Source: the human T2T-CHM13v2.0 reference genome, Homo sapiens
NCBI RefSeq assembly: GCF_009914755.1
Contig: NC_060934.1
Reading direction: 5' to 3' (one strand)
Length of the DNA stretch: 64,000 nt
Below the pieces are notes generated by a model that was not told where the DNA came from, made no database searches, and saw only the letters and a list, made by a program, of their open reading frames with translations. Positions 38,156 through 52,884 of the stretch are shown in pieces. How positions within the stretch are numbered: the first letter of the stretch is position 1; the number at the start of each line of letters is the position of its first letter. A program made the position numbers and the translations under genes.

Positions 38156-38449
38156 GTTTTCTTTGGGACAGGGTCTTGCTCTGTCACCCAGGCTGGCATG
38201 CAGTGGCACAATGATAGCTCACACCAGCCTAAAACTCTGGGCTTCAGAGATCCTTCCACCTCCCACTCCCAAGTAGCTAGGACTACAGGTGTGCACCACC
38301 ACACTCGGCTAGTTCTTTTTTGTAGAGATGGGATCTTGCTATCTGGTTGCCTAGCCTGGTCTCAAACTCCTGGCCTCAAGGTATCCTTCAGCCTTGGCCT
38401 TCCAAAGCCCTAGAACTATAGGCATGAGGCATGAGCCATTGTGCCCAGT
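38156..38449 (-). mobile_element. AluJ-type SINE
   Basis: GACAGGGTCTTGCTCTGTCACCCAGGCTGG...GAGCCATTGTGCCCAG, diverged. Confidence 0.9.
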
Positions 38450-38892
38450 CTCCTGAAGATTTTCATCATAAACAGGTGCCACAATCCTGGACTCTTCCAG
38501 TCCGGACCGTACAGGGGCTAGGGTGAGAGAGGGATGGTTCAGGGTCTCAACGTGGAAATGATGGGGCCTGCCTGTGCTCTCAGATCTAAGTCAATGTTGT
38601 CAGCCTCTGGGTTTCAGTGTTTTGGGTTTTTGTTGTTGTTCTCTAGCCAAACTTAAGAACCTCACAAATAAGTCTAAGAACCTCAAATTACCCAGGAAGG
38701 GATATAAACATTCTAAGGTTCTTATTGAAAACGTTTCTTTTTAACAAAAGATAACTGTACCTATTAATACTATCACAATTCTAAATTATATCAAAAAAAT
38801 TGTAAGCACTGGGTAATATGACTTTGAAAAATGTGCTCACTAGCAAAAAGCAGCACATAATTTAAATGTACATGACTACTAAGAACTTTTTC

Positions 38893-39135
38893 TGTGTTCA
38901 TGAATCTGCTATATGAACCTCAGTTGTGAGTTGTCTGTTCATGTCATTCCGTGTGTTCTGTGAATCTGCTGTATGACCTCAGTTGCGAGTTGTCTGTTCA
39001 CGTCATTCCATGAGTTTTGTGAATCTGTTCTACGAGCTCAGTTGTCTGTTCACGTCATTCCGTGCGTTTTGTGAATCTGCTATATGACCTCAGTTGCGAG
39101 TTGTCTGTTCACATCATTCTGTGGGTTTACTGAAT
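38893..39135 (+). repeat. Minisatellite, ~59-60-bp unit, ~4 copies
   Basis: GTGAATCTGCTATATGACCTCAGTTGCGAGTTGTCTGTTCACGTCATTCC. Confidence 0.88.
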
Positions 39136-39239
39136 TCCTATGGCATTTCTCATCAATTAAGCAAACCTTTCATAGAGTGCTCATATTAATCCTTTAATCT
39201 TTGCTGTATTCGATTCTTAAATATTTATTTTGCTTCTAG

Positions 39240-39554
39240 AGTTTGTACTCTATCCTGGGGTTCCAGGCCTGTGGATTCAACCAACTATAGATCAAGAATA
39301 TTTTTTTAATGTGTTTGTACTAAGCATTCAGACTTTATTATTCATTAAACAATATAGTTTAACAACTATTCACATGGCAAGTACATGGTATAGGTGTTAT
39401 GAGCAATCTTGACATGACTGAAAGTCTACAGGAGGATGTGCATATGTCATATGCAAACACTATGCCATTTTATTCCAGGGACCTGAGTGCCCACAGACCT
39501 TGGTATCCATAGGCAGTCCTGCAACCCACCCCCATGGGCACTGTGGAATGGCTA
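39240..39554 (-). mobile_element. MER2 (TcMar-Tigger non-autonomous DNA element)
   Basis: GTGGATTCAACCAAC...GGAGGATGTGCAT...TATGCAAACACTATGCCATTTTAT...TTGGTATCC matches MER2 reversed. Confidence 0.8.
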
Positions 39555-40529
39555 TAATAGAAAATATAGAGGTTTTAAAAAGTTATGTACTAAATCTAAT
39601 CTTTTGTTAAGAAATTACTGTGTGTCACGTGTATTATTTGGAAGTCGTTCCTGGTCCAGAGACTTGACATGTTCTTATCTTTTTGTCCACTGATCTAACT
39701 AGTCATTCCAGTAAGTTTATTGAACACAAATCAATTTTACAATTAAATTCTTAAAGGAATCACACTCATACTGTAAGCTGCTTTGGTTTTTAAAGTGAAA
39801 TAACAGTTTTCAAAAACAGCTATATCATAGAATAACAGGATAAAGCAGACCTACAATATGCAAAAACATGGGATTTCAACGCTAACCAGTATAAAACACA
39901 TTACAAACCCCTAAATATGAAAATGTTTGACACCACAGATATTCCAGAAAAAAACAAGATGATCAAAAAAGCCATTTGCAGAAAGCCACTTTCCCCTTCA
40001 CTTTTCACATGGTTTCTAGAAACTTGTGTTTGGCAATAACCATGAATCAGAAGCAGCATCCACTGCAACTACTGCTACTGCAACACAGAATATTAAAGCA
40101 AAATAAAAAGGACACAGCATATTTCCTATTTATGAGAACAGGTAGAGTGTTATAAAAATGATGTGCGTGTTTTAAAGTCAACAATGTTCAAATTCTAGGT
40201 CTCCCGCAGACACTAGACGGTAACCGCCAAAGCTTATGTACTTGGAAACTTTCAAGGAGACCAAGTTCAGAGCTGTCACAACGCAGCACCATCCTCACAC
40301 AATTATCTCAGGTGTGTTTGAGGGCAAGTGCCCCCGTCACAGGGGGAAAGCTGCCCGGCCCAGCACTTCCTGAGATCACACAGAGCTTCCACCTTCCCAC
40401 ATCTTCAATAGTTCCTTTACACTGGGAACCAGAGAGCAAAACCTAAAACACTTCCTCAAATCTCAAGACAGTCTTGAGTCCTCTTCTCCTTGCCCCTTCT
40501 CTCACTGAAAAAGCCTATTCTATAAGCAA

Positions 40530-40710
40530 TCTGTAGTGCTTACCAGAGCTGGGGTAGGAGGAAAGCTAGTGTTTGGTAGACCAAGTTTCAAGCTTGGGGA
40601 GACCAAGAATATGGCGGTGATCGTGGCATGACAGTGTGAACGCACTTAATGCCACCAAATCGTACACTTAAAAATGGTCACAGTGCTATGTAATTTTACC
40701 ACAATAAAAA
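40530..40710 (+). mobile_element. L1M 3' UTR fragment
   Basis: GTGTGAACGCACTTAATGCCACCAAATCGTACACTTAAAAATGGT...TTTTACCACAATAAAAA. Confidence 0.75.
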
Positions 40711-40970
40711 GACTAACTGAGAAAAGTAATCTCTAATTACTGTCTGCCATTTCTTGCATCCTGTAAGGTGCATTTGCTTTTGGAAATCCTCAGAGCAATC
40801 ATGAAAGACTAATACCCTGTCATCTCTGAAACACAGGTAAAGTCTTTCAAGGGTTTTGATTATAGTAAAGTAGCTGGAAAGCAAAGCATGCATTAGACAC
40901 AGCAGCCGTGATAGGACAAACACATGGTAGGAAGGTGGTGGTCGTGCTACACGCAGATGGGGAAGGATGT

Positions 40971-41154
40971 GGGGAGCCACAACACCCGATGCTGGGGAGC
41001 CACAACACCCGATGCTGGGGAGCCACAACACCCGATGCTGGGGAGCCACAACACCCGATGCTGGGGAGCCACAACACCCGATGCTGGGGAGCCACAACAC
41101 CCGATGCTGGGGAGCCACAACACCCGATGCTGGGGAGCCACAACACCCGATGCT
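40971..41154 (+). repeat. Perfect minisatellite, 23-bp unit x8
   Basis: GGGGAGCCACAACACCCGATGCT repeated exactly. Confidence 0.97.
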
Positions 41155-41386
41155 TGGGAGGCACCTGGGCAGGAGCTGAGAATGTACCAAACACGTTCTA
41201 CCACGCAACATTCATGGACCCTGAGTCCGGCCACCACCGCCGACATCCACTCTGGCTGAGGTGTCCTCTGTCACAGACACACACACCCTGCCGAGGACAG
41301 TGCACAGGTTAAATGTCAAAGCACAGACATGCTCAGGTCCAGCTGCTCAGCCAAAAGCAAAAACACATTTCCCAGACACCACAGCT

Positions 41387-41848
41387 TGACCTTCCACCTG
41401 ACCACACCCATCTCTCCTGCACCCCACATCGTGACCCTCCACCCGACCACACCCGTCTCTCCTGGACCCCCCCGAGTGACCCTCCACCCCCATATCTCTC
41501 CTGGATCCCACAGCATGACCCTCCACACTGACCACACCCATCTCTCCTCGACCCCACAGTGTGACCCTCCACCTGAACACCCCCATCTCTCCTGGATCCC
41601 ACAGCGTGACCCTCCACATGACCACACCCATCTCTCCTGGACCCCACAGCGTGACCCTCCACCCGACCACACCCGTCTCTCCTGGAACCCCAAGAGTGAC
41701 CCTCCACCTGACCACCCCCATCTCTCCTGGATCCCACAGCATGACCCTCCACACTGACCACACCCATCTCTCCTGGACCCCACAGCGTGACCCTTCACCT
41801 GACCACACCTGTCTCTCCTAGACCCCACAGCATGACCCTCCACCTGAC
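41387..41848 (+). repeat. Minisatellite, ~45-bp unit, ~10 copies
   Basis: GTGACCCTCCACCTGACCACACCCATCTCTCCTGGACCCCACAGC. Confidence 0.94.
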
Positions 41849-42605
41849 TGCACCCTGTCTAGTGCATCCCTGCACCTGTCTCTCGGCCCCCCTCACCTCA
41901 CTTCCTCACCTTCTCGTCGGGTCAAGCACCAACAATCCGCTGTGTGCCTGGTGCACTGAGCCTTGTCAGGGGCCTCTGGGCCGCGTGCCAGGACACGCCC
42001 CTGGGGACTCCCAGTGCACACGTTGGTCTCCTGCACACTTGGCTCTTCTATCTGCGGGAGCCGGCACCCACCCCTACAACTGACTGCACTCTCAGAAAAG
42101 TCCCAGAAGACCCCTCACCAACCCAGCAACACCTTGAGGCCACATCCCACTTGCCTGCTGGCTCCTGAACCTCCCCCACCCTGTGACGGCTCACTCCCTC
42201 CTGAGCTCCTTCTGCTCCCTGCCTGCCTCTGCGAGTTACCTCCTGGGCGATGCCAGGTGACGGTAACATCAACCAGGAGGCACTGCTGAGAAGCAGAAAG
42301 CATGGTGCAGTGCCCAGAACGTCATGTCCCTCAACAGATGCTCTATGTCTTCTCCTCCTCTCCTGGCAGAGCTTTGCTGTAGGAAGAAGGCCATTCCTCC
42401 AGTGCTGCTACTTCCAACACTGGGGAAAACAAGCTTCAGAAAGGAACGGTGTCAAAGAGGCAGGACCCACCAGCAGGACTGCCAGCGGCCAGACGACCAC
42501 AGCCCCAGCATTCCCCAGCCACTACGGCCGACAGCCCAGGCTCCAGAAATGCACAGCTTCAACCTTCAGAGTAAAAACCCTCCCAAGCCAACTATTTCTT
42601 CAACA

Positions 42606-42956
42606 ATCGGATTGGGGAATGGAGGGTTCTAACCCTGCCCCTCTCTATACCACAGATCATCAGATCCCAGTTCTTATCAGATTGGGAAGTGGGGGGTTCT
42701 GACCCTGTCCCTCTCTATACCACAGGTCATCAGATCCCAGTTCTTATCGGATTGGGGAGTGGGGGGTTCTGACCTTGTCCCTCTCTATACCACAGGTCAC
42801 CAGATCCCAGTTCTTATCAGATTGGGGAGTGGGGGGTTCTGACCCTCCCCCCTTCTCTATACCACAGATCATCAGATCCCAGTTCTTACGGGATTGGGGA
42901 GTGGGGGGTTCTGACCCTGCCTCTCTATATACCACAGATCATCAGATTCTAGTTCT
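42606..42956 (+). repeat. Minisatellite, 70-bp unit, 5 copies
   Basis: CTCTCTATAC at 42641, 42711, 42781. Confidence 0.94.
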
Positions 42957-43009
42957 TTTCTAAGCCCAGCACTTTGCTTCTGCCACATGCAGTCATCCTC
43001 AGCACCAGG

Positions 43010-43091
43010 AAAAGTCAAACATTGAGTGATGACGATGACACCAATACCAAAAGTCAGAAACATTGAGTGATGATGATGACACCGATACCAA
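43010..43091 (+). repeat. Tandem duplication, ~40 bp x2
   Basis: AAAAGTCA(G)AAACATTGAGTGATGA.GATGACACC.ATACC twice. Confidence 0.85.
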
Positions 43092-44000
43092 CACATGCGG
43101 CTCTGGCAGCTTTGGTAACTCGCTGCACAGATACAACTGGACAGCAGTGAGATCCATGGACATCACCAGTCTTCGCAAGGATCGTGTTCCTGAATCTTCT
43201 GCGTTAGGAATAACCGTCTCCTTTGCAAGGGCTGAACCATGCTTCCCACTCGCCTGTCCTCTGCCTTCACCAGCTTTGTGCGCATTTCCGGGCAAGTGTC
43301 TGTGCAGGTGCCATCACTGATTTCAGTAGCGAGAACGTACACAGACACCACACAGAAATGGGTAACCCTGTTAGGAGCTGTGCAGGGAGATCTAACTCAT
43401 CAGATGTGCCAAATTCCTGTTGCCATGGAAATTAAACTGACGTTGCCGTGACCACATCTCTTACTGCACCACTAAAGACCATCTGGGTAAGAGGAAAGTG
43501 CTTCTGCAGAGCATTCAGCTCACGTTTACATGTCCGTTTTCCCTGAATACGGTTGTTACGTGAGATAGAAATCAGTAAGATAGGCTGTAACATATAGTAT
43601 GGATCGTTGTGTCTCCTAGGCTCAAACACATCCTTTAAGATCCTCAGAAAATGAAGTTTAACTCTCTGGGGACATGAGTTACATAGTAACATGTTTTGGA
43701 TACAGTCTCTTTCGCATTCTAAATATCAACACCAAATAAGTTCTTTAGTTTCTTTTTAAATTGAAAAGCATTTACAAACCATAAAATCCCCCATATTAAA
43801 GGGTACAATTCAGTCTTTTTAGCATATTCTCAAAGCTGCACAACAATCACCACTAGTATTTAATTCTGGGACTTTTTCACCACCCGCAAAAGAAACCTTG
43901 AATCCATTAAGAGTCAGCACCTGCTGCTTCCTTCCGCCAGCCCCTGGCAATCGCCAGCCGACTTCTGTTTCTCTGGATTTGCCCACTCTGGACGCCTGTC

Positions 44001-44268
44001 GTGAGTGGGCACATAGTGCGTGACCTTTGACGTGACCTTTGGTGCCAGCATCTTTCACGTTCAAGGTGACTGGTATCGTACAGTGCGTGACCTTTAGCAT
44101 GACCTTTGGTACTGCCATCTTTCACATTCAAGGTGAGTGGAATCGCACAGTGCGTGACCTTTGGTGTGACCTTTGGTGCCGGCATCTTTCCCGTTCAAGG
44201 TGAGTGGAATTGCACAGTGCTTGACCTTTGGTGTGACCTTTGGTGCTGGCATCTTTCACATTCAAGGC
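44001..44268 (+). repeat. Minisatellite, 67-bp unit, ~4 copies
   Basis: GTGC(G/T)TGACCTTT at 44016, 44083, 44150, 44217. Confidence 0.93.
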
Positions 44269-45028
44269 TCATTGGAGCACATGTTCTTTTGTTCCTTTTT
44301 ACGGCTGAGTGATACTCCATTGTGTGCAAATTTTCTTTATCCACTCATCTGTTGACAGACATCTGGGCTGTTTCTACTCACTGTTACGAATAATGCTGCT
44401 ATGAAGATTCTTGCATAAGATTTTTTTGTAAAAACGTTTTCAGTTTTCTTGGGCATATGCCTGGGAGTGAAATTGCTGGGTCGTACAGTGATTTTATGCT
44501 TAACTTTTCTGAGGAACTGCCAGACTTTTCCAAAGCAACTGTACCATTTTCCTTCCCCTCCCACTAGCAATATATACAGATTCCAATTTTCCCATCTTCA
44601 CCAACATGTCACCGTCCAGTACTGGGGTTTTACCCATCCCAGTGGTTGTGAAGTGGTATCTCACGGTGGTTTTCATTTTCATTTCTAAGATGACTAATTC
44701 TGTTAAATATCTCATGTGCTTTTTAAGGCATTTATGTATCTTTCTTTGGAGAATGTCTATTCAAATCCTTTGTCCATTTTTAAATTGGATTTTCTTTTCA
44801 TTGCTGAGTAAGTTTTTAAAGATATTCTTGATATCAGGCCCTTATTGGGATAATGTGTCTTGTTCTGTGGGTTGTGTCTTTTTACTTTAATAGTAACCTC
44901 TGAAATGAACATTTTTAATTTTGATACTGTCTTTTCCCCTTCAGTTGCTTGTTATGCTTTAGACATCTCATCTAAGGAACCATTGCTTAATTCAACGTAA
45001 CAGTTTCACCTGGATTCTCCCCTAAGGG

Positions 45029-45711
<683 letters not shown>

Positions 45712-45934
45712 AATGGGTCTCACAGTATCGACTCTTACACTGGATCCATTTTGAGCTATTTTTTTGTGTAGGGTGAGGGAGGGTGCAGTCCATCCTTTTC
45801 CATGTGGATATCCAGTTGTCCCAGCACCACTAAGTTGCGAAAGGAAAAAAGTAAAGCAACCCCTTACAACCTTTCTCCATCAACAGATTAGAAGGTACAC
45901 TGAAGAATCATGGACAATTTGTTGTCGGTTTAAG

Positions 45935-47040
<1,106 letters not shown>

Positions 47041-48459
47041 TAGTGGAAGAAGCGGTTCTGCAGGTTCATGGGAGAGCACTTGGTGCCTCTGAGCTAAGAT
47101 AACCATCAAATCCTCGGAAGACGCACCTCTGCATACTTCCTGTTTCTCATTCAGAACATTCCAGAGGGAACCCGGAATCCCGGTGCTGCAGCGGGACTGA
47201 AGTTTGCTCTCACCCACACAATAAACCCAGGGAGCTCCCCCAGCCCCCATCGCGAGGCCACAGCCTTGGTCCTCTGATCCAGGAGGGCTCCTGCAGCTCC
47301 AGCCTACAGGGAGAAGCATGCACCCACACATCAGAAAGCCCTCCCAGGCCCAGGGAGCACTTCTGCTTATGTGCCAGCCAAGTGTGTGTAACAGGGCCAC
47401 AGCCAGCTGTGAGGCAGGCAGTGAGGTACCCAGCAAATACTCAGGGCTCACATCACTGAGAAGGAAGGAAGGTTGACAGCGAAGTACCCAGCAAATACTC
47501 AGGCCTCATGTTACAGAGGAGGAAAGCAGGCAGACAGTGAGGTACCCAGCAGGGTTCACATTATCCAGGAGGAAGGGAGGGTGGAGAAAAAGGGGCTGGA
47601 ACAGTCTCTGTCATGAGCTTTAGCATTTACAAGGCTTGCTGAAGATTATCCGATTTGATCTTCACAATAGCTCACAAGATAGGCAGAGGCATGACTTTTC
47701 AGAGATCCAGAGAACTGATGATGACCACGTGCTTTTCCCACAGGCTCCCAGAAATCATCCTCAAATCATCTCTCAGTTTATACATGTGATAAAATCTCAG
47801 TCACGTCCCCTCTCTGCAGGGGGATTTTAACGCTGCCCTGCTGTTCCATCGCACCCCTGCCCTCTCCTGCATTTCATCCATGCCCACCATCCCTGGGGAG
47901 CCCACACCACCCCACCCGCAGCTGCTGATGGCTTGGGTCACCCTTATCTCTCATTTCCACCTGCAGGGACCTGTTCTGCCTTCAAATGCAGCTCAAACCC
48001 ACTCATTGTGTGAAGCCTTTTTCAGCCATCACAACTGTCACATGTAAAAGCAGTCTGCAATGCTTCATTTAGGAGGTGCTTGTGTTGCCTCATTGGCTGT
48101 GATCAGGACCAAATTCTGAGCAAACCAGGTGGTGTGGTGGTCCCCTGTCCCCACCTCTGCCCCAGTGCACCTAAAACAAGGATTCCTGGAAGCACCTTTT
48201 CAGTCCAATTCACACGAGTCTGCCCCACCCCCCCCCCCCCACAGGAAAGCCCTGGTGGTCAGGGCTCAGGGCCCCCAGGTGGGTAAGGAGAGCTTGGTGC
48301 CCTCTCTGGAGTTGTCGCCCAGAGACCTACGGCTGGAAGGGAAGAAACTTGCATCCTGTGAAACATCCAGCCCCGAGACCCACTCAGGAGCAGAAGACGG
48401 GAAAAGAGCATCGAACAGCCCCTCGGGAGGGCAGTCAGCAGGAGCCGCGGAGGCCACCG

Positions 48460-48705
48460 GGATGGAGGGAGGGAGGGAGGGAGGGAGGCAGGCAGGCAGG
48501 CAGCGAGGCCAGAGGTGATGTGGCCAGGAGGGAGGGAGGGAGGCAGGCAGGCAGGCAGGCAGGCAGCGAGGACAGAGGTGATGTGGCCGGGAGGGAGGTG
48601 ATGTGGCCAGAGGTGACGTGGCAAGGGTTATGGGGGTGACATGGTGTGGTGGGGGGAGGAGATGTGGCCAGAGGTGATGTGGCCGGGGGAGGAGACATGG
48701 CTGGA
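48460..48705 (+). repeat. Compound G-rich repeat: (GGGA)n/(GGCA)n blocks and AGAGGTGATGTGGCC units
   Basis: Read directly. Confidence 0.85.
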
Positions 48706-48931
48706 GGGAAGCGACAAGAGGGGTCTCCAGGCCTCAGACTGTGGAGCTTTCACGCTCGCACAACCTCACAGACTGTGCCTGATTTATGGATGACATTTTA
48801 ATTAAGATGTTACATCTAACTTTAAAGAAAAGTAGTTATTTAGAACCATTGTGTATGTTTAAAGCACGGTACAAATATAGCACATTTCCCAAACCAAAGA
48901 ACAGTGCATTGCAGGAAAAAATAGCAGCTCA

Positions 48932-48932
<1 letters not shown>

Positions 48933-48965
<33 letters not shown>
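48933..48965 (+). repeat. Poly(A) tract, 33 nt
   Basis: Uninterrupted A run with no adjacent Alu body. Confidence 0.95.
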
Positions 48966-48967
<2 letters not shown>

Positions 48968-49631
48968 GAGTAAAGAAAAAATTCATTTAAGATCAGAAAT
49001 AAAGATCCTACAGCTCTTCTAGTCCAATCCCCCACCCTAACGTGAATGGGGGAAAAAGCCAAGTAGATTCTAGTTAGTCAGAATTAAAGGCAAAACCGAT
49101 CCACTTTACTTTCTACTTGACAGAAAACAAGCAGCTCATCAAGGAATCCCTACAAATAGTAGCTTTAAGAGTCCCCAAAATGCAAAATTCACGTTCAAAT
49201 TCAATCAACTGCTAAGTGCGATAAAGTTACTTTTTCATTATTGCTTCCCTCATCCCCAGGGGCCTTTTTAGACCTTTTTTCCCCAATTGCCTCCAACACC
49301 CAGGAAATTTAAACCCCACAAGTAAGCTATGTCTCAATTAACACACAGCACCCTTTGGAGCAGACAGTCCATTGCTCTAAGACGTCCTTGTCACCTAAGC
49401 ACCAAGTACAGCCTGAGAAGATACAACGCGTCCACACACGGACTCGGGCCCATCCACAAGCCAACAGGTGAGATGTGGCACATGAGAAGGAAGACGAGAC
49501 CAATGAGCTTCACCAACACCCCAAAACCACGCAGAAGTGACCCATACAGCCTGCTTGGGCGCCAGTGACTCCTGGGAAACAGCCAAGGGCAGCATTTGGA
49601 GAAGCAGCACCACAGGCCAGGAGGGTCTGGT

Positions 49632-49709
49632 GGCTTCAGAGGGGAGGGGTGCCCCCGACCAGGTGCCGGGGGCTTCAGAGGGGAGGGCCCCCCCCGACCA
49701 GGTGCTGGA
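49632..49709 (+). repeat. Tandem duplication, 39 bp x2
   Basis: GGCTTCAGAGGGGAGGG...CCCCCGACCAGGTGC twice. Confidence 0.85.
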
Positions 49710-49997
49710 GGCAGCGGGACAAGCCATGGGTGCCCTCGTCACTTTTCACTCCCTACTCCCGATTCTTGCCCTGAAAGCTCGCAGCAAGTCCAGGTATTTA
49801 TTTACCCATAAAATTAAGTATCTGTGAGTAACACTAGTCACTAATTCACATAGATCTGAGTCCACAGATACCTCTAGAGACACCACCATCCCTTCTGGTA
49901 GAAGGGCAGCCCAGGGGCCCACACTGCTAGGAAGGGAGACTGTGTCTCCAGCCTGACAATGCAGAGTCCCCAACACAAGGTCTACCTTCTGGAACCA

Positions 49998-50498
49998 TGC
50001 GGTGTCCTACAGAAGCAACAAGGGACGTGTAGCTTTTTTTTTTTTTTTTTTTCTCTTAAGACAGTCTCCCTCTGTCGCCCAGGCTGGAGTGCAGTATCAC
50101 AATCTCAGCTTGCTGCAATCTCTGCCTCTCGGGTTCAAGTAATTCTCCTGCCTTGGCATCCTGAGTAGCTGGGATTACAGGTGCCTGTCACCATGCCCAG
50201 CTAATTTTTGTACTTTTAGTAGAGACAGGATTTCACCATGTTGGCCAGGCTGGTCTCGAACTCCTGACCTCACGTGATCCACCCGCCTTGACCTCCCAAA
50301 CTGCTGGGAATACAGGTATGAGCCACAGTGCCCGGCCCATGTAGCTATTTAAATTTGTCTAAAATTAAATAAAATTAGAAGTATCAGTTTCTCATTTGCA
50401 CTTCAAGCATTCAATTACCCACAGGTGGCCACTGACCACAGAGGCTGGTAGAGAGACGCTGCAGTTCCACACCGCAGAAGGATCTATGGACAAAGTGG
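49998..50498 (-). mobile_element. MER3 (hAT-Charlie) split by an Alu
   Basis: CATGTAGCTATTTAAATTT...AAAATTAAATAAAATTA...GCAGAAGGATCTATGGACA matches MER3 reversed. Confidence 0.7.
50034..50337 (-). mobile_element. AluS-type SINE
   Basis: Reverse dimer; TGTAGCT repeated on both flanks. Confidence 0.93.
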
Positions 50499-50920
50499 CT
50501 CTAAGATCATCTCGGCATCTTTATATTGAAGCTACTGAAGTTTTACTCTGTTTACTATAGATATCAACATTCTCCCATTTAAAAATGTCAGTGCTATTAC
50601 AACAATCAGATCTGTGACCTCCCAGAAGCTCTTCTCCTCCTGGACAAATAACCGCAGAGCGTCTGCACTCTGCCTTCACACTAAGGGATGGCAGAAGCCT
50701 CCTGTAAAATCAGGTGGAGAAAAAAAAATGAATCCCTAGCCCCTCTCCCCCTACGATTTTGTGAAACTCCTCTTAATATTCAGAATAATTGCCAGAGTTG
50801 CAATAAACAAGCATCCCTTGACCAGGAAGCAACAGGGAAGCAAGAAGAGGGATGCTCCATTCCCTCTGGGACCCCAGGCCTGGCCGGGACTGAGAAGGTC
50901 AGCACAGCCAGTCAGGCCTG

Positions 50921-51163
50921 CACACCCGATGCGAACCGTGCACATGGCTTCCCCGGGCCTCGGTCTCCCCTCTGCCCTCACTGGACACTGTGGCTCTGGT
51001 ACATACCTGATGCGAACTGTGCACACGGCTTCCCCGGGCCTCGATTTCCCCCTCTGCCCTCACTGGACACTGTGGCTCTGGTACATACCTGATGCAAACC
51101 ATGCACACGGCTTCCCCGGGCCTCGGTCCTCCCTCTGCCCTCACTAGACACTGTGGCTCTGGT
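50921..51163 (+). repeat. Minisatellite, 81-bp unit, 3 copies
   Basis: GATGCGAAC.GTGCACA.GGCTTCCCCGGGCCTCG...CTCTGCCCTCACTGGACACTGTGGCTCTGGTA; 27-aa ORF period. Confidence 0.93.
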
Positions 51164-52596
51164 AGAGGCAGCCTCTGAGCTCCAACACCCACAGCCAGTC
51201 CCCTCCTTGCAGGTCTCGGCTCTGCTGACACTGCCTCAAGCGCCTCCCTGATGCTTCTCAACATCGTCCACGTACCATGCCCCCTCCTCCCCACAGCCCT
51301 GGCTGCCGCCCACCCCGCCATGGAGCCTGGCATACAGCAGGTGCCTGAGACACCCCAAGGGGCAGGCATGCCAGGGTAGGGCTTGGAGTTCCAAAGGCCA
51401 CGTCCCGCTTACCACAGGTGCCACGGAGGCTGTGGAAGGGGTCCAGGCTGCAGGTCTGCACTCGGCTTCTCCTGGCCCCCGAGGCCAATAACCTAGCAAG
51501 GGAAAGCAGCTGGAAGCAGGATCCCAAAAGCCCTTCCTGGCTCAAGAGGAAGGAGGCCTCGGTGCACAAACCCACAAGTGCCTTCCCTCCTGCCAGGCTG
51601 GCTGTGTCACAGCAGCATGTCCATCTTCCCTGGGCTCAGAGAAAGGTGAGGGACTCAGCCCCGAGTGTGAACAGTCAAGCTCCCACTAGCTGTGCAGACA
51701 ATCTCCCTAGCCCTGGCTTGGGAAGGGTCCAAGAGCAAACACAGCCATCTTGCCCACACAGGTACAGAATTCAGCCAGCTCTCTCAATGGAGTTGTGACA
51801 GGTCAACTCCAGGCTCCTCAGAGCCAGGCTCTGGGGTTCAACCTCGGGCCACTGCACCTTTGAAATGCGGCTGTGGACTCCCCTAGGCCGCTCAATGTCA
51901 CGGCCCATTTCGTTCAGATGCTGCAGGCCCCTGCCGTGGTGTCACACCCAGGACACCCCTGCCAGCATCCTCTGAGACGCTGCTATAGCTGTTGTGATCT
52001 GAGAACAGCCACATGCAGGCATCAAAGGGAGGGCTTCTCAAGTCTCTTCTGAGAGTGGTGGCTACAGCTTCGGAAGACGTTGCACTGAATCCTGGGTGAG
52101 CCAGACTCAGTCTGCAATCTAAGCTGGGTTGCTGGAGAGACACACTCTGTTGTAACTGACGGAGGCTGTCGATGGCAGCTCTACCAAGACCAAGAATGGC
52201 AACTAATCTGAGATTTACTATCCATACTTTCTACCTGATGTTTAAAAGGAAAGCATCGTGAAGTTCCAGTAGCAAGACATTTTCTATAATCTATCATATC
52301 AAGATACAGCAGAGATGTAGCTAAAATGTTAATAGGGTCTATGCAGAGGAACAGATCGGTCTATTTCAGGAACGGTGCTTGCTGGCTTTTTAGAAACAGA
52401 GTGAAGTCCCTGCCAAGTAAAAGGTTGTTTATACTTTTGCTTTGGAAACAGAGAGGGAAATTTCTTCCTTATTATTCGAATACATTAACTATATTTAAGT
52501 GTTCTCATAGACTAAGTATTAAATATTCAAAAATAAGTAATTCTGTTCAGTCTATTTCATTCCTCAAATGTAGCTTTCAAAAAGTGACAAACACCT

Positions 52597-52884
52597 GGCC
52601 GGGTGCAGTGGTTCACGCCTGTAATCCCAGCACTTTGGGAGGCCGAGGCGGGCGGATCACGAGGTCAGGAGATCTAGACCATCCTGGCTAACACGGTGAA
52701 ACCCCGTCTCTAGTAAAAATACAAAAAATTAGCCAGGTGTGGTGGTGGCACCTGTAATTCCAGCTACTCGGGAGGCTGAGGCAGGAGAACAGTGTGAACC
52801 GGGGAGGCGGAGCTTGCACTGAGCCAAAATCATGTCACTGCACTCCAGCCTGGGCGCCAGAGCAAGACTCCATCTCAAAAAAAA
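52597..52884 (+). mobile_element. AluY-type SINE
   Basis: GGATCACGAGGTCAGGAGATC.AGACCATCCTGGCTAACACGG and GGCGGAGCTTGCA; TSD AAAAAGTGAC(A/G)AACACC. Confidence 0.92.

Noticed and set aside
48933-48965. Orphan A33 as the tail of a processed pseudogene
   Set aside because: No AATAAA just upstream, no convincing TSD and no recognisable mRNA body.
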